Positions 18,607 through 28,247 of a stretch of DNA of 64,000 nucleotides are shown in pieces. The DNA is taken from the NCBI GenBank assembly GCA_035607285.1, contig DATNBZ010000069.1, positions 10,182 through 74,181 on the forward strand, written 5' to 3'. This stretch comes from Blastocatellia bacterium (GTDB lineage Bacteria > Acidobacteriota > Blastocatellia > UBA7656). How positions within the stretch are numbered: the stretch's first letter is position 1; each line of letters opens with the position of its first letter. Both the position numbers and the translations under genes were made by a program. The notes under the pieces are model-generated. The model was not told where the DNA came from. It was given only the letters and a program-made list of their open reading frames with translations, and searched no databases.

Positions 18607-19071
18607 TCAACTCTTAACAATGTCAGACCATCGCTCTGCCCGCTCCTCTTCCATCGTCTCTTCGACACGAGAGGAGATCGTCCACACGTGCCCGGAAGGA
18701 TCCATAATTCTTCCGGTGCGATCGCCCCAGAACTGGTTCTTCACCGGTAGCAGGATCGTAGCTCCGGCGGCAACTGCGCGCTCTACCGTTTTGTCGACAT
18801 CCTCAACGTAGACGAACATAACCACCGGCGAGCTGGCGTCCTGCTGCGGCGCGCGGCTCGCAAGCGTGGGCCACTCGGCTTCGATGATGATCATCTCCCC
18901 GCTGATCGTCAGCAACGCATGAGCGACGTTCCCATCGGGCCCTGGTCTGCGCCCCACCTCTACCGCCCCAAATGTAGTTTTGCAGAAGTCGATCTCTGCC
19001 GAGACGTCGCGGCATACCAGCATTGGAATCACCGCCGAGGAGTTGTCCGGTATCGGTTTCACGTTGGTCAT
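18607..19071 (-). CDS. VOC/glyoxalase-family (PhnB-like) protein. The likely true start is at the internal Met preceded by GAGGAGG.
   Basis: A glyoxalase-like fold is inferred from the sequence pattern. A ribosome-binding site precedes MTNVKP. The longer ORF-track version begins 34 codons upstream with no ribosome-binding site. Confidence 0.5.
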   Translation of the reverse strand: MTNVKPIPDNSSAVIPMLVCRDVSAEIDFCKTTFGAVEVGRRPGPDGNVAHALLTISGEMIIIEAEWPTLASRAPQQDASSPVVMFVYVEDVDKTVERAVAAGATILLPVKNQFWGDRTGRIMDPSGHVWTISSRVEETMEEERAERWSDIVKS

Positions 19072-19227
19072 GATCGTTACCTCCTCTGAAGTGCTGGTAC
19101 TGAGCGGGCGAGTCAGATTAACCGCTGATTTGCGCTGACTGGCGTAACGTTGATGTTCGCAGATCGGCGGCAATCAGCGAACCGAAGGCAGTCAAGATCA
19201 GCGGTGAATCATCCGCCGCTAACAAGG

Positions 19228-20259
19228 CTACGGATTGCTACCCGGAAACACTAATCCTTCGCGCTCCTCGAACCCAAACATCAAATTCATATTCTGAACT
19301 GCTTGACCCGCGGCGCCCTTTACCAGATTGTCGAGCGCGACGAACACGATCACCGTGTCGCCGCTCGCCGCCCATCCTATGTCTACAAAGTTTGTATTCT
19401 TCACCCAGTTGATGTCAGGCGAGCCCTCAACCAACCTGATAAAAAACTCAGTGCCGTAGAACTCTCGAAAGACGTTGCCGACTTCGTCGCGTGTCATCCG
19501 CCTCGCCAGAGTGACGTAGATCGAGGCAAAGATTCCTCGCACGACCGGGATCGAGTGAACCTGGAACACCAATGAACTCTCAGATGACCACTTCGAGTTG
19601 ACTGAAGCAAGCAACTGTTCGACTTCGGGTTGGTGCTGGTGCTCGAACATCTTGTAAGCGTAGAAGCTGTTCGCGCGTTTCGGATGATGCGTGTTGACCG
19701 CCGGCTTCGCTCCCGAGCCCGACGATCCGGTCTTCATGTCCGCGATGACCTTGCCTTTCACAAGGCCGGACGCGACTAACGGAAATAGTCCCAACTCGAG
19801 CGCGCTCGCGAAGCAGCCGGGATTAGCGATGTGCGTCGCTTCTTTGATCTGATTGCGATTCACCTCGGTCAAGCCGTATACAAATTCGCGCTGCGCTTCC
19901 ATCGCCGAGTGTTCGCGTCCGTAGAACTTCTTGAACGCATCGGCGTCGTTCAATCTGAAATCGCCCGAGAGGTCTATCACTTTCACCGAGCGAGGCGCCG
20001 AAGGGACGATGCCCATCGCCTGGCCGTGAGGCAGAGCAAGAAAAACACAGTCGAGGCTTTCGAGCGTGCTCGGGTCAGGCATTGATTCAAATTTGAGATC
20101 GGTAAGTTTCGCAAGATTCGGATGAACAGAATCGACTCGCTTGCCGGCGTGCTCGTTGGCGGTGACTAGCACGAGCTCGACTTGCGAATGAAACAGCAGA
20201 ATGCGAAGCAGTTCGCTTCCGCCGTAACCTGAGCCACCGAGTATGCCTGCTTTGATCAA
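19228..20259 (-). CDS. argC: N-acetyl-gamma-glutamyl-phosphate reductase (TTG start).
   Basis: 343 aa with GILGGSGYGG NAD-binding N-terminus and a semialdehyde-dehydrogenase catalytic region with Cys (NPGCFA). Confidence 0.9.
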   Translation of the reverse strand: MIKAGILGGSGYGGSELLRILLFHSQVELVLVTANEHAGKRVDSVHPNLAKLTDLKFESMPDPSTLESLDCVFLALPHGQAMGIVPSAPRSVKVIDLSGDFRLNDADAFKKFYGREHSAMEAQREFVYGLTEVNRNQIKEATHIANPGCFASALELGLFPLVASGLVKGKVIADMKTGSSGSGAKPAVNTHHPKRANSFYAYKMFEHQHQPEVEQLLASVNSKWSSESSLVFQVHSIPVVRGIFASIYVTLARRMTRDEVGNVFREFYGTEFFIRLVEGSPDINWVKNTNFVDIGWAASGDTVIVFVALDNLVKGAAGQAVQNMNLMFGFEEREGLVFPGSNP

Positions 20260-20275
20260 TCGTTTTTCCCTTTGT

Positions 20276-20384
20276 ACTTTTGCGTGCTTTGCGGTCCTTT
20301 GCGTCTTTGCGTTGAGAATTCAGGAATACTCAACGCAAAGACGCAAAGTACCGCAAAGCACGCAAAGCGGACACGCAAAGCCTG
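20276..20384. repeat. Family-A palindrome between the unknown arg-cluster gene and argC.
   Basis: TTTGCGGTCCTTTGCGTCTTTGCGTTGAGAATTCAGGAATACTCAACGCAAAGACGCAAAG. Confidence 0.8.
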
Positions 20385-20391
20385 CAAACAG

Positions 20392-21498
20392 CTAAGCGGA
20401 GAGATTAAGCCAGGCCGCTACCTTCGCTTGAATCAAGCTGCCAAGCTGCTCGCCACCGTTCACCGCATTCGCCGCATCAAGCCCAAGTTCGCGCTTTACA
20501 TAGTCGATGCCCATCTGCGAATCGGACACCGGGCCGGAGACCACGTCGATCTTTACACCTTGACCGGCCAGCAATTCACGCCCGCCCCACGCGCCCACGA
20601 AGTCGTTGGCGCAGAACACCAGTGCGGCCGCAGCTTTCATCAACTCTCTGTCTTCGAAGATCGTATTCACTCCGTACCCGCCGAGTATTCCATCGCCCAA
20701 CTCGATCACTATGCAGTCGGGTTGCATCTCCGACAGCTTCGAGATAATGCCTTTCGCGATCGGCGCGAGATCCTCGACACCCACCGTAGAGGGCAGCCCG
20801 CAATCGAGAAAGCTCAGCGTCTTGATCGCGCCGTGATCCTGCATATTAAGAGTATCGCGCAGGCAGGCCACTCCCGCGAGCTTTGCGCCCGCCACGCGAT
20901 GACCCGCGCGTGTAAGGTGTTTGATGATTTCCGTCGCGGCGTACGTCTTTCCCGAGTTCATGCAAGTGCCCGCGACCAGCACAAGCGGAGTCGCGCCGTC
21001 GAGTGTCTCTCGAGGCGCCACCGCGCCTTCGGCTATGTTCAGTATCCGGCCGTCGACGACCGGCATACCGAGCACTTCGACTTCAATGGCATTGCTGAGA
21101 CTATGATGATGCCCGACGCATTTTCCGATGAGTCCGCCAAGGTTAAGCAGGTGCAATCGGTCTTTTGAATTGACGGCTTCCGGCACGTCACCCACAAACC
21201 CTTTGAGCGCCCGGCGATAACCGAGCACGCCGGCGATCACGTCGCCAGGATTTATTTTGGCCATGCGTCCGGTCACCAGCTCGAGCGTGTTGTAGGTCGC
21301 GTTATCGGTGAGGGTGCGCACGACTACTACGTTGCCGGCTCGCGCCTCACAGTTAGTGGTTATCTCGATCTCATGATTGAGATTGAGATTCACCGTTGAC
21401 GAGGCGATCTTGTCAACGCGCACAAGGTGCAGCTCGGAAGCGGGCTGTTCCACGATCGGCGAAATTGGTTCGGCAAAAGTTTGCATCATGACTTCCAT
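20392..21498 (-). CDS. Conserved hypothetical protein embedded in the arg operon (between argG and argC). It has a deviant P-loop-like motif and may belong to the DUF1611/COG3367 type; this is unverified.
   Basis: 368-aa ORF with AGTCMNSGKT, no match to canonical arg enzymes, and tight spacing to argG (16 nt). Confidence 0.5.
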   Translation of the reverse strand: MEVMMQTFAEPISPIVEQPASELHLVRVDKIASSTVNLNLNHEIEITTNCEARAGNVVVVRTLTDNATYNTLELVTGRMAKINPGDVIAGVLGYRRALKGFVGDVPEAVNSKDRLHLLNLGGLIGKCVGHHHSLSNAIEVEVLGMPVVDGRILNIAEGAVAPRETLDGATPLVLVAGTCMNSGKTYAATEIIKHLTRAGHRVAGAKLAGVACLRDTLNMQDHGAIKTLSFLDCGLPSTVGVEDLAPIAKGIISKLSEMQPDCIVIELGDGILGGYGVNTIFEDRELMKAAAALVFCANDFVGAWGGRELLAGQGVKIDVVSGPVSDSQMGIDYVKRELGLDAANAVNGGEQLGSLIQAKVAAWLNLSA

Positions 21499-21514
21499 CC
21501 TCTGTCTTCGATCT

Positions 21515-22741
21515 TCAATCCTCGTTTCTTTTCTCTTCGGCCATCTTTCGCATTCTCAAACGCAACGCGTTGAGTTTTATGAAGCCTTCCGCGTCGCGCT
21601 GGTTGTACACCGTGTCATACTCGAACGTAGCGAACTCCTCCGAATACAACGAACAAGGTGAGCGACGGCCCACCACCATGCAATTTCCCTTGTAGAGCTT
21701 CAGCCGCGCAGTGCCGTTGACGTTCTTCTGACTCTGGTCTATCAAGGCGCGAATAGCTTCAAACTCCGGCGTATACCAAAAGCCGTAATAGATCATCTCG
21801 GCCACTCGCGCGTTGAGCGAGTCCTTCAAGTGCGCAACCTCGCGATCCAACGTGAGCGATTCGACTGCGCGATGCGCGGAGTGAAGGATGGTCACACCCG
21901 GCGTCTCATACACGCCTCGCGATTTCATTCCCACAAACCGATTCTCGACAAGATCTACTCGCCCGATTCCATGCTCTCCTCCGATTTGATTCAGGCGATC
22001 GAGAAGCGAAGCGGGCGAAAGCGTCTCGCCGTCTACGGCGACCGGTACTCCCGATTCGAATTCAATTTCGACATAAGCCGGCTTATCGGGCGCGTCTTCC
22101 GGCGCTCGAGTGAGAATGAAGATCTCTTTTGGCGGCTCGGCCCAAGGGTCTTCCAGAATCCCACCCTCGTAACTTATGTGCATCAGATTGCGATCCATCG
22201 AGTAAGGCTTTTCTTTCGTCGCGGTGATCGGAATCTTGTGCTGCTCGGCATAGGCGATCAGGTCGGAGCGCGACTTGAACGGCCACTCACGCCACGGAGC
22301 GATCACCCGAATGTGCGGATCGAGCGCGTAGTAAGTCAGCTCGAACCGAACCTGATCGTTTCCCTTCCCGGTCGCCCCATGCGAAACCGCGCGCGCGCCT
22401 TCCTTGTGCGCGATCTCGATATGCTTCTTCGCGATCAGCGGCCGCGCGAGCGATGTTCCCATTAGATAAACGCCTTCATACACCGCGTTGGCTTTGAGGG
22501 CGGTGAAAACAAAATCGCGCACGAACTCTTCACGCAGGTCCTCGACGTAGAGCTTTGAGGCGCCTGTAGCGAAAGCCTTTTCTTCCAGCCCGCCGAGTTC
22601 TTCCGCTTGCCCGACGTCCGCCGCAAAGCAAATCACTTCGCAGTTGTAAGTCTCCTTCAACCACCTGAGAATGACCGAGGTATCGAGCCCTCCGGAATAG
22701 GCGAGCACGACCTTATCTATCTTTTCCGATCCAGTTTCCAT
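21515..22741 (-). CDS. argG: Argininosuccinate synthase
   Basis: 408 aa with [11 protein letters not shown]-loop motif and conserved ArgG body. Confidence 0.95.
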   Translation of the reverse strand: METGSEKIDKVVLAYSGGLDTSVILRWLKETYNCEVICFAADVGQAEELGGLEEKAFATGASKLYVEDLREEFVRDFVFTALKANAVYEGVYLMGTSLARPLIAKKHIEIAHKEGARAVSHGATGKGNDQVRFELTYYALDPHIRVIAPWREWPFKSRSDLIAYAEQHKIPITATKEKPYSMDRNLMHISYEGGILEDPWAEPPKEIFILTRAPEDAPDKPAYVEIEFESGVPVAVDGETLSPASLLDRLNQIGGEHGIGRVDLVENRFVGMKSRGVYETPGVTILHSAHRAVESLTLDREVAHLKDSLNARVAEMIYYGFWYTPEFEAIRALIDQSQKNVNGTARLKLYKGNCMVVGRRSPCSLYSEEFATFEYDTVYNQRDAEGFIKLNALRLRMRKMAEEKRNED

Positions 22742-22772
22742 CTATTGAATTCTCCGGAAGTTTCTCCAGTTA

Positions 22773-23258
22773 TCAGCGCGGCCAAAGAATAGCAGTCCGC
22801 GAGTTGAGCGCGGGCTTGTTCTTTGCGCCCGAACGCGCCGCGGCGAACAGACCAACAATCTTCTTGATCGCCAGACGCTGAGCGGCGCCGTTTTTGACTG
22901 CGACAAGAATCGTATCGTCGCCGGCAACAGTGCCGACAATTTCGGCGATCGCAGCCCGGTCGATTGTTAGCGCCGCCGGTTGGGCGAGGCCCACTTCGGT
23001 GCGGACGACGATAAGGTTGTCGCCCGCGGTGTCGATGGAGGTCAACGGCCCGCCAGCTTTCACCGCGGCTTCCGGCGCTACGTAATAGCCGCCAACCTTC
23101 GTCAGCCCCAGCTTGACTATATCGCGCGAAACGCTCGACTGAGTCGCGGCAAATCCGCGCTTCGAGAGGTGCGCCGCGAGCTCCTGCTGGGTAGCTACGG
23201 GCTTGGCGCTGACAATATCGAGGATCTTCTGATGACGGGCTTTTGACATTTTATGCAC
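22773..23258 (-). CDS. argR: Arginine repressor
   Basis: 161 aa with an N-terminal winged-helix (QQELAAHLSKRGFAATQSSVSRDI) and a C-terminal oligomerisation/arginine-binding region (GDDTILV). Confidence 0.85.
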   Translation of the reverse strand: MHKMSKARHQKILDIVSAKPVATQQELAAHLSKRGFAATQSSVSRDIVKLGLTKVGGYYVAPEAAVKAGGPLTSIDTAGDNLIVVRTEVGLAQPAALTIDRAAIAEIVGTVAGDDTILVAVKNGAAQRLAIKKIVGLFAAARSGAKNKPALNSRTAILWPR

Positions 23259-23261
23259 TCT

Positions 23262-23310
23262 GGCCAGATTTTATGCGCATATCCGTATTTGAGATGCATA
23301 AAGTAGCACG
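23262..23310 (-). promoter_or_regulatory. Candidate ArgR operator/promoter region with repeated TTTATGCA and ATGCGCAT palindromic motifs upstream of argR.
   Basis: The motifs are read directly. No consensus ARG box for this lineage is known to me, so this is speculative. Confidence 0.2.
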
Positions 23311-23335
23311 AAGATTTGTATCCGGTCAACCTGGA

Positions 23336-23466
23336 ATTTGCGTGCTTGCGGGTCCTTGGCGTGCTTTGCGGTCCTTTGCGTGCTTGCGGGTCCTTGGCGT
23401 GCTTTGCGGTCCTTTGCGTCTTTGCGTTGAGTATTATTTCTCGCAAAGGGCCGCAAAGCACGCCAG
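23336..23466. repeat. Family-A repeat cluster (tandem GCGTGCTTGCGGGTCCTTGGCGTGCTTTGCGGTCCTTTGCG units plus an inverted arm).
   Basis: Read directly. Confidence 0.75.
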
Positions 23467-23566
23467 CTCATACGGTGTGTTGGGAAGTGTGGCTGGGAGT
23501 CAGGACAAAACTCAAATGACCATCGGCCAATCCGATGGTCTCATGGAAAGCGCTGGCACGGGTATC

Positions 23567-23740
23567 TCAAAAGCCTTTGTCGCGAAACACCAGCAAATAA
23601 ATCCCGGCGGCGAAGATCGGAAACAGCAGGATCAAGGCCATCAGCACAATCTTCGTGGTCGTGTCGCGGTTTGATTTCATCACGTCCGTGAGCGCGAATA
23701 TGTCGAGTATGATGGCGGCAATTCCAAACAATGTGAACAT
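23567..23740 (-). CDS. Small membrane protein of the PLD-nuclease N-terminal-domain (PLDc_N) type, 57 aa. It is absent from the ORF track because it is under 60 aa.
   Basis: Manual translation gives MFTLFGIAAIILDIFALTDVMKSNRDTTTKIVLMALILLFPIFAAGIYLLVFRDKGF, matching the conserved DV+KS...K+LW+L++ +P IG I Y + R pattern of that family. Confidence 0.5.
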   Translation of the reverse strand: MFTLFGIAAIILDIFALTDVMKSNRDTTTKIVLMALILLFPIFAAGIYLLVFRDKGF

Positions 23741-24002
23741 AGGTTGATTCTCCCTTCAGCTCGGTTTTGTCTTATGGTTCGCTCTGAGTTACGAACCGCT
23801 CAATTCGAAAGTTCGACTGTAGCGCTCAATAGCCGATTCATGAACTTTCCAGTGTTGATTGGGGCGTTTTTTGCCGGTCAATTTCTGGGTGGAAGGATTT
23901 ACCCGAAGGAGTCCGTCGGATGAGGAGTTCGAACCAGACTAAGTGGAGCGGAGGAACACCGCGCAACAAAGGCTTCGCCGCCGGTGTTCCTCGCCGTCAA
24001 GC

Positions 24003-24230
24003 TTATTGGCAGTTTCGAATGCAGGCTTCGAGGCGCTCTCTCGCCCTCCGCTCGCACTCGCGCTGTTCCTGAGGTGGAAGGTTGCGACAGCGTTGTCGAG
24101 CTTCTCTGAATTCCTCGCGGCACCTGCGGGCGCAGGGACTGCGACGGTCCGACACCTGGGCTTGTGTCGGTGCAAACGCGCCGACGCCGACCGCGAGCAA
24201 CAGAACTAACAGCAACAGGACTTTTCTCAT
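24003..24230 (-). CDS. Small secreted Cys-rich peptide. The mature peptide is about 50 aa with twin Cx3C pairs.
   Basis: Signal peptide MRKVLLLLVLLLAVGVGAFAPTQAQ followed by SPCARRCREEF...CERRARERLEACIRNCQ. Confidence 0.4.
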   Translation of the reverse strand: MRKVLLLLVLLLAVGVGAFAPTQAQVSDRRSPCARRCREEFREARQRCRNLPPQEQRECERRARERLEACIRNCQ

Positions 24231-24455
24231 TTCAGCATCTCCTATTTCGGTGTGGCTCATCCGGGCAATGCTACGCCATTGAATCGCGAGGACGAGTTTG
24301 AGGTTGATGACTTGGAGAGAGCTTATTGACTTGGACGCGGGCTTAGGACAGTTAGTCTGAAAATCGACGGAATGTCCGACAAACTTCAGTTTGTCGATTT
24401 CACCAAATACGTTTGTGGTATGAAGCCTGAAGATCAGGTGAGAGCTGAAGTGCTG

Positions 24456-25742
24456 CTAGGGCTTCTTCCTCTCGACCGGTCGAAGTTTCTCCAGAAGCTG
24501 AAATGATTCGTTCGCGATGAAGCTGCCGAAGGTCGGCCCGAAGAGCGAAATGCTCGACTCATACGTCTTATGCCGATACTCGTCCTCGGTGATGATGTAA
24601 CCCAGCGCGTCATTTGTCAGGCCCAGCAGGAACGTCTTCTCGAATCCAAGAAGCTTGCCGCGTTCCTTGACCTGGAAATTCAAGATGCTGCCGAGCTCAC
24701 CCGGAATCGCAACGAAAGCGAAGCGGTTGTCAAAGGAAATCGCATTGATCTCTGAATCGTAAGTTGGCGGGTAAGTCATACCCGGCGGGAACGCCGGCGT
24801 CGGCACAAGCTTGAGCGTGAGAGGCGCGCGAACGAGCTTGATATCGACCGAATCCTGCGGCTTGATCATCATTGTGACTTTGAACACCTCAGCCGCCAGA
24901 ATCGCGCCAACGTTTTCGGCTCGCCCCCAGCCGTCAGCGCCCAGAAACGCACGCGGCGCTATTGTGCCCTGCGCGCCGTTGGCGAATACCGCGATCACTT
25001 CGCCGCCTATCATGCGCTCGAGTGTGTTTCTGGCATACCCCACGAAGTCAGCGGAATAAGTCATGTTCTCGGGACCGAGCACGGTCGGATGCGCGGCAAA
25101 GTTCATCAGCACCGCCATCGGCTTCCCGGTGGCAATCGAATCGACGCGAATCACGCCGACTTCCGGATCGACCGGACCGTCGGGCGGCCACGTCGAACGG
25201 AAACGCGAGATGCCGCGAGCTTCGCCCGATCCGAACGCGATGCGAACGGGCTTCAGCGTTTTGTTGGCGGCGATGATCGCCTCGGCGGTTTTCTCCTCGT
25301 AGAGCGCGCGGACTTTCGCATCGAACTTGCCGGCGAGCACATTCGCAAGCAGCGGCAGCATCTCCATATAAGATCCGCCGCCCGAGTGCGTATGCGACGA
25401 CATCACGAAGATGCGATCGGGCAGAATGTGAGTGGCTTCAGAGGCGATCGCCCGAATGCGCTCGACCATGCCGTGATCAAACCCGAGATGATCGACGCTG
25501 ACGAAGGCGATTTTCTCGACTCCATTGTCGATGATGAGCGCCCGCGCTTCGGTTGGATCGTGTACGCCGGTCGACGGAGCGCCGCGTCGCGCTCCGTATC
25601 CGGCAAGTGGAGTTCCGATGGGCGGCGTGATGTTCGCCTTTCCCACACCCGCCGTCAAGGAGTGCTGCGATTGCTGTGCGGACGCGGTGACTACGCAAAG
25701 CAGAACAAGCGCTGCTGCAAGAATGTGCCGAGCCCTTTTCAT
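24456..25742 (-). CDS. Secreted neutral/alkaline ceramidase-like hydrolase.
   Basis: After a signal peptide, GVGKANITPPIGTPLAGYG...GVHDPTEARALIID...AFVSVD matches the conserved N-terminus of the neutral ceramidase family. Confidence 0.5.
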   Translation of the reverse strand: MKRARHILAAALVLLCVVTASAQQSQHSLTAGVGKANITPPIGTPLAGYGARRGAPSTGVHDPTEARALIIDNGVEKIAFVSVDHLGFDHGMVERIRAIASEATHILPDRIFVMSSHTHSGGGSYMEMLPLLANVLAGKFDAKVRALYEEKTAEAIIAANKTLKPVRIAFGSGEARGISRFRSTWPPDGPVDPEVGVIRVDSIATGKPMAVLMNFAAHPTVLGPENMTYSADFVGYARNTLERMIGGEVIAVFANGAQGTIAPRAFLGADGWGRAENVGAILAAEVFKVTMMIKPQDSVDIKLVRAPLTLKLVPTPAFPPGMTYPPTYDSEINAISFDNRFAFVAIPGELGSILNFQVKERGKLLGFEKTFLLGLTNDALGYIITEDEYRHKTYESSISLFGPTFGSFIANESFQLLEKLRPVERKKP

Positions 25743-25836
25743 ATTCGTCTTGAAGACAGCAAAGCCCACGATGCCGGCATTCCATTGGCCGGGCATCTTT
25801 GAGCTGCGCAGTTATCTGAATCGAAACAGCTCGAGC

Positions 25837-26100
25837 TTATTTCGTCCCGAAGCTGTAGTTGAAGCCGCCACTGGCGACGTTGAGAACGATGCACAGGATA
25901 ATCAAGACTGTCCAGATCATCATAATGTTCTTGATTCCCAGTTTGCCCGCGTTCATCCAGCCCCAAATAAAGCACCAGAGGCCGCAGATCAACCCGAGAA
26001 TGCCCTGAAGCACGCCGGCGGTTTGAAACATCTTGACCAACACGATAATGAAGCAAATCAGAGATCCAAGCGACATCAACATAGCTAGCAACGATAGCAT
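25837..26100 (-). CDS. Small integral membrane protein (hypothetical).
   Basis: 87 aa with three predicted hydrophobic helices. Confidence 0.45.
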   Translation of the reverse strand: MLSLLAMLMSLGSLICFIIVLVKMFQTAGVLQGILGLICGLWCFIWGWMNAGKLGIKNIMMIWTVLIILCIVLNVASGGFNYSFGTK

Positions 26101-26147
26101 TTTCTGCCTCCTGAGGGGTTTAGGTTACAGAGACTCGCTCGATGCTG

Positions 26148-26933
26148 CTAAGCGATAGTTCCGCCGCCGTCTACAACTACCGTGTGACCGGTGATGTAGC
26201 CTGACGCCGGCGATGCAAGAAAGACTGCTACACCTTTAAGCTCGCCTTCGGCGCCGACGCGTCCCATCGGCACGCCGGCTTCTATCCCGGGTTGCGCCAC
26301 GGCGAGAAGTTTCTCAGTCATTCGCGAGGGGAAGAACCCGGGCGCTATCGCGTTCACGCGAACGCCGCGGCGCGCCCACTTGGCCGCGAACTCGCGGGTC
26401 ATCGCTATCAAGCCACCTTTTGCCGCGACGTATCCCACGATGTGCTGGCCGCTTTCCATCGAGCCTCGGAGCCCGGCGACCGAAGCCACATTGATGATGT
26501 TGCCGCTTCGGCGCTTGAGCATCTCGCGACCGACGCGTTGAGAAAACAGGAACGCGCCGGTCAAATTGGTCTGAAGCACCATATTCCACTTTTCAATCGC
26601 ATGCTCTTCGATGGGTTCCGCCCAGGTTACGCCTGCGTTGTTGACCAGAATGTCGATCCGGTCATACTCGGCAATAGTTTTGTCGACTGCGGCCTGGACA
26701 TCATGGACGTTTGAGACATCGCACAGCGTACCCGTGCAAGCGAAGCCGCGTGCGCGAAACTCCTCGACGGTAGGCGTCAACCACTGCTCGCGTCTGGCCA
26801 GAAGCATCAGCGAGGCGCCCGCTTCCGCTAGCCCCTCGGCCATTTCCTTGCCGAGTCCACGCGAGCCGCCGGTTACCAGTGCTACTTTACCCGAGAGGTC
26901 GAATAGCTCCTTCAACGCAGGCACGACCGTCAT
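26148..26933 (-). CDS. SDR-family oxidoreductase. The start is assigned at the internal Met after GGAGGAG.
   Basis: GKVALVTGGSRGLG cofactor motif, NNAG, and a catalytic YxxxK region. Confidence 0.8.
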   Translation of the reverse strand: MTVVPALKELFDLSGKVALVTGGSRGLGKEMAEGLAEAGASLMLLARREQWLTPTVEEFRARGFACTGTLCDVSNVHDVQAAVDKTIAEYDRIDILVNNAGVTWAEPIEEHAIEKWNMVLQTNLTGAFLFSQRVGREMLKRRSGNIINVASVAGLRGSMESGQHIVGYVAAKGGLIAMTREFAAKWARRGVRVNAIAPGFFPSRMTEKLLAVAQPGIEAGVPMGRVGAEGELKGVAVFLASPASGYITGHTVVVDGGGTIA

Positions 26934-27034
26934 CTCCTCCGTGTTGCTTGTGAATGTGGATGACGCTTTATACCGTAAGCGAGGTTGAGAAGCAACGCTT
27001 GGTAGTGTTCGGATTCTGCGTTGCTTAATAACCT

Positions 27035-27131
27035 CCGCGTGCTTTGCGACCTTCGCGTTGAGTATTGTGTCTTGCTCCTTCAACACCCAATACTCCGCGC
27101 AAAGGTCGCAAAGGACCGCAAAGCACGCGAA
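27035..27131. repeat. Family-A-related palindrome between the SDR gene and mazG.
   Basis: GCGTGCTTTGCGACCTTCGCGTTGAGTATTG is reverse-complementary to CAATACTCCGCGCAAAGGTCGCAAAGGACCGCAAAGCACGC. Confidence 0.75.
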
Positions 27132-27149
27132 GGATTGTATGCACAGCGG

Positions 27150-27992
27150 TCATTCATCCGCCCCCGCAGCCTGCTTCTCTTTCACCTTCGCTTCATCCCA
27201 CAGCGCATCCATCTCAACGTGATCCGAGTCAGCCGGCTTGCGGCCCTGCTCGCGCAAGCGGTCTTCGATGTAGCGAAATCTTCGCCTGAATTTTCGATTA
27301 GACGTCTTCAGCGCGCTTTCGGGATCGACGCCCAGCAAGCGAGCGACATTCACCGCTACAAAAAGCAAGTCACCAACTTCTCCCGCGATTTCCTGATGAT
27401 TCGGTTGCTCGGTAGCGACTGCTTCCTTCAACTCTTCGACTTCTTCATCGAGTTTCTCCAGCACCGACGGAACGTCCGGCCAGTCGAAGTCGACACGCGA
27501 GACCTTCGTGGTCATCTGAAAGGCTTCCATCACAGCGGGCAACCTGGTCGAAACGCTGTCGAGCATAGAGCCGTCGTCGTCCTTCTTTCCTTTTTCCTGA
27601 AGTTCGGCCTCCTTGATCGCTTCCCAGTTGCGCAGCACCTCATCGGATGTCTGCGCGGTGTCCTCGCCGAAGACGTGCGGATGGCGGCGGATCATCTTTG
27701 TCGAGATGCGGTCGATAACTTCCCCGACTGTGAAGCGGCCTTCCTCATCGGCGATCTGACTGTGAAAGACGACTTGAAGCAACAGGTCGCCAAGCTCTCC
27801 GATCAACTCCTCGTCATCGCCTTCGTCGATGGCCTCGACCACCTCGTAGGCTTCTTCGAGCATCATCGGCTTGAGGCTTTCGTGAGTCTGCTCGCGGTCC
27901 CACGGGCAACCGCCCGGCGCGCGCAGCCGTGCGATCAACTGCACAAGCTCGGCAAACTTTTCACCTTTGATTGCTGCGGACGATTCGCTCAC
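27150..27992 (-). CDS. mazG: MazG nucleoside triphosphate pyrophosphohydrolase.
   Basis: Two EExxE-type MazG domains (LEEAYEVVEAI ... EEVEELKEAV). Confidence 0.85.
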   Translation of the reverse strand: MSESSAAIKGEKFAELVQLIARLRAPGGCPWDREQTHESLKPMMLEEAYEVVEAIDEGDDEELIGELGDLLLQVVFHSQIADEEGRFTVGEVIDRISTKMIRRHPHVFGEDTAQTSDEVLRNWEAIKEAELQEKGKKDDDGSMLDSVSTRLPAVMEAFQMTTKVSRVDFDWPDVPSVLEKLDEEVEELKEAVATEQPNHQEIAGEVGDLLFVAVNVARLLGVDPESALKTSNRKFRRRFRYIEDRLREQGRKPADSDHVEMDALWDEAKVKEKQAAGADE

Positions 27993-28032
27993 GGACGGAA
28001 TCTACAAGATGAATGTGCAAAGAGCAAAGTGG

Positions 28033-28170
28033 GAAGAGCAGGGGTCATTGGTCATTAGTCATTGGTCATTGGTCATTAGTCATTGGTCATATTGGTCATT
28101 AGTCTTTTGAGATCGCTCAGAGTGATATCGATCACCGAATGACAAATGACTAATGACCAATGACTACCTT
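28033..28170. repeat. Family-D palindrome built from a tandem TGGTCAT/TAGTCAT heptamer array and its reverse complement.
   Basis: GGTCATTAGTCATTGGTCATTGGTCATTAGTCATTGGTCAT ... ATGACAAATGACTAATGACCAATGACTA. Confidence 0.8.
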
Positions 28171-28247
28171 CGGCCTTCGCTCTTATCCGCCTCCAGTGTT
28201 AGCATAACTGCTCTCAAGATACTGAATCTCTTCCTGGGTGAATCGAT

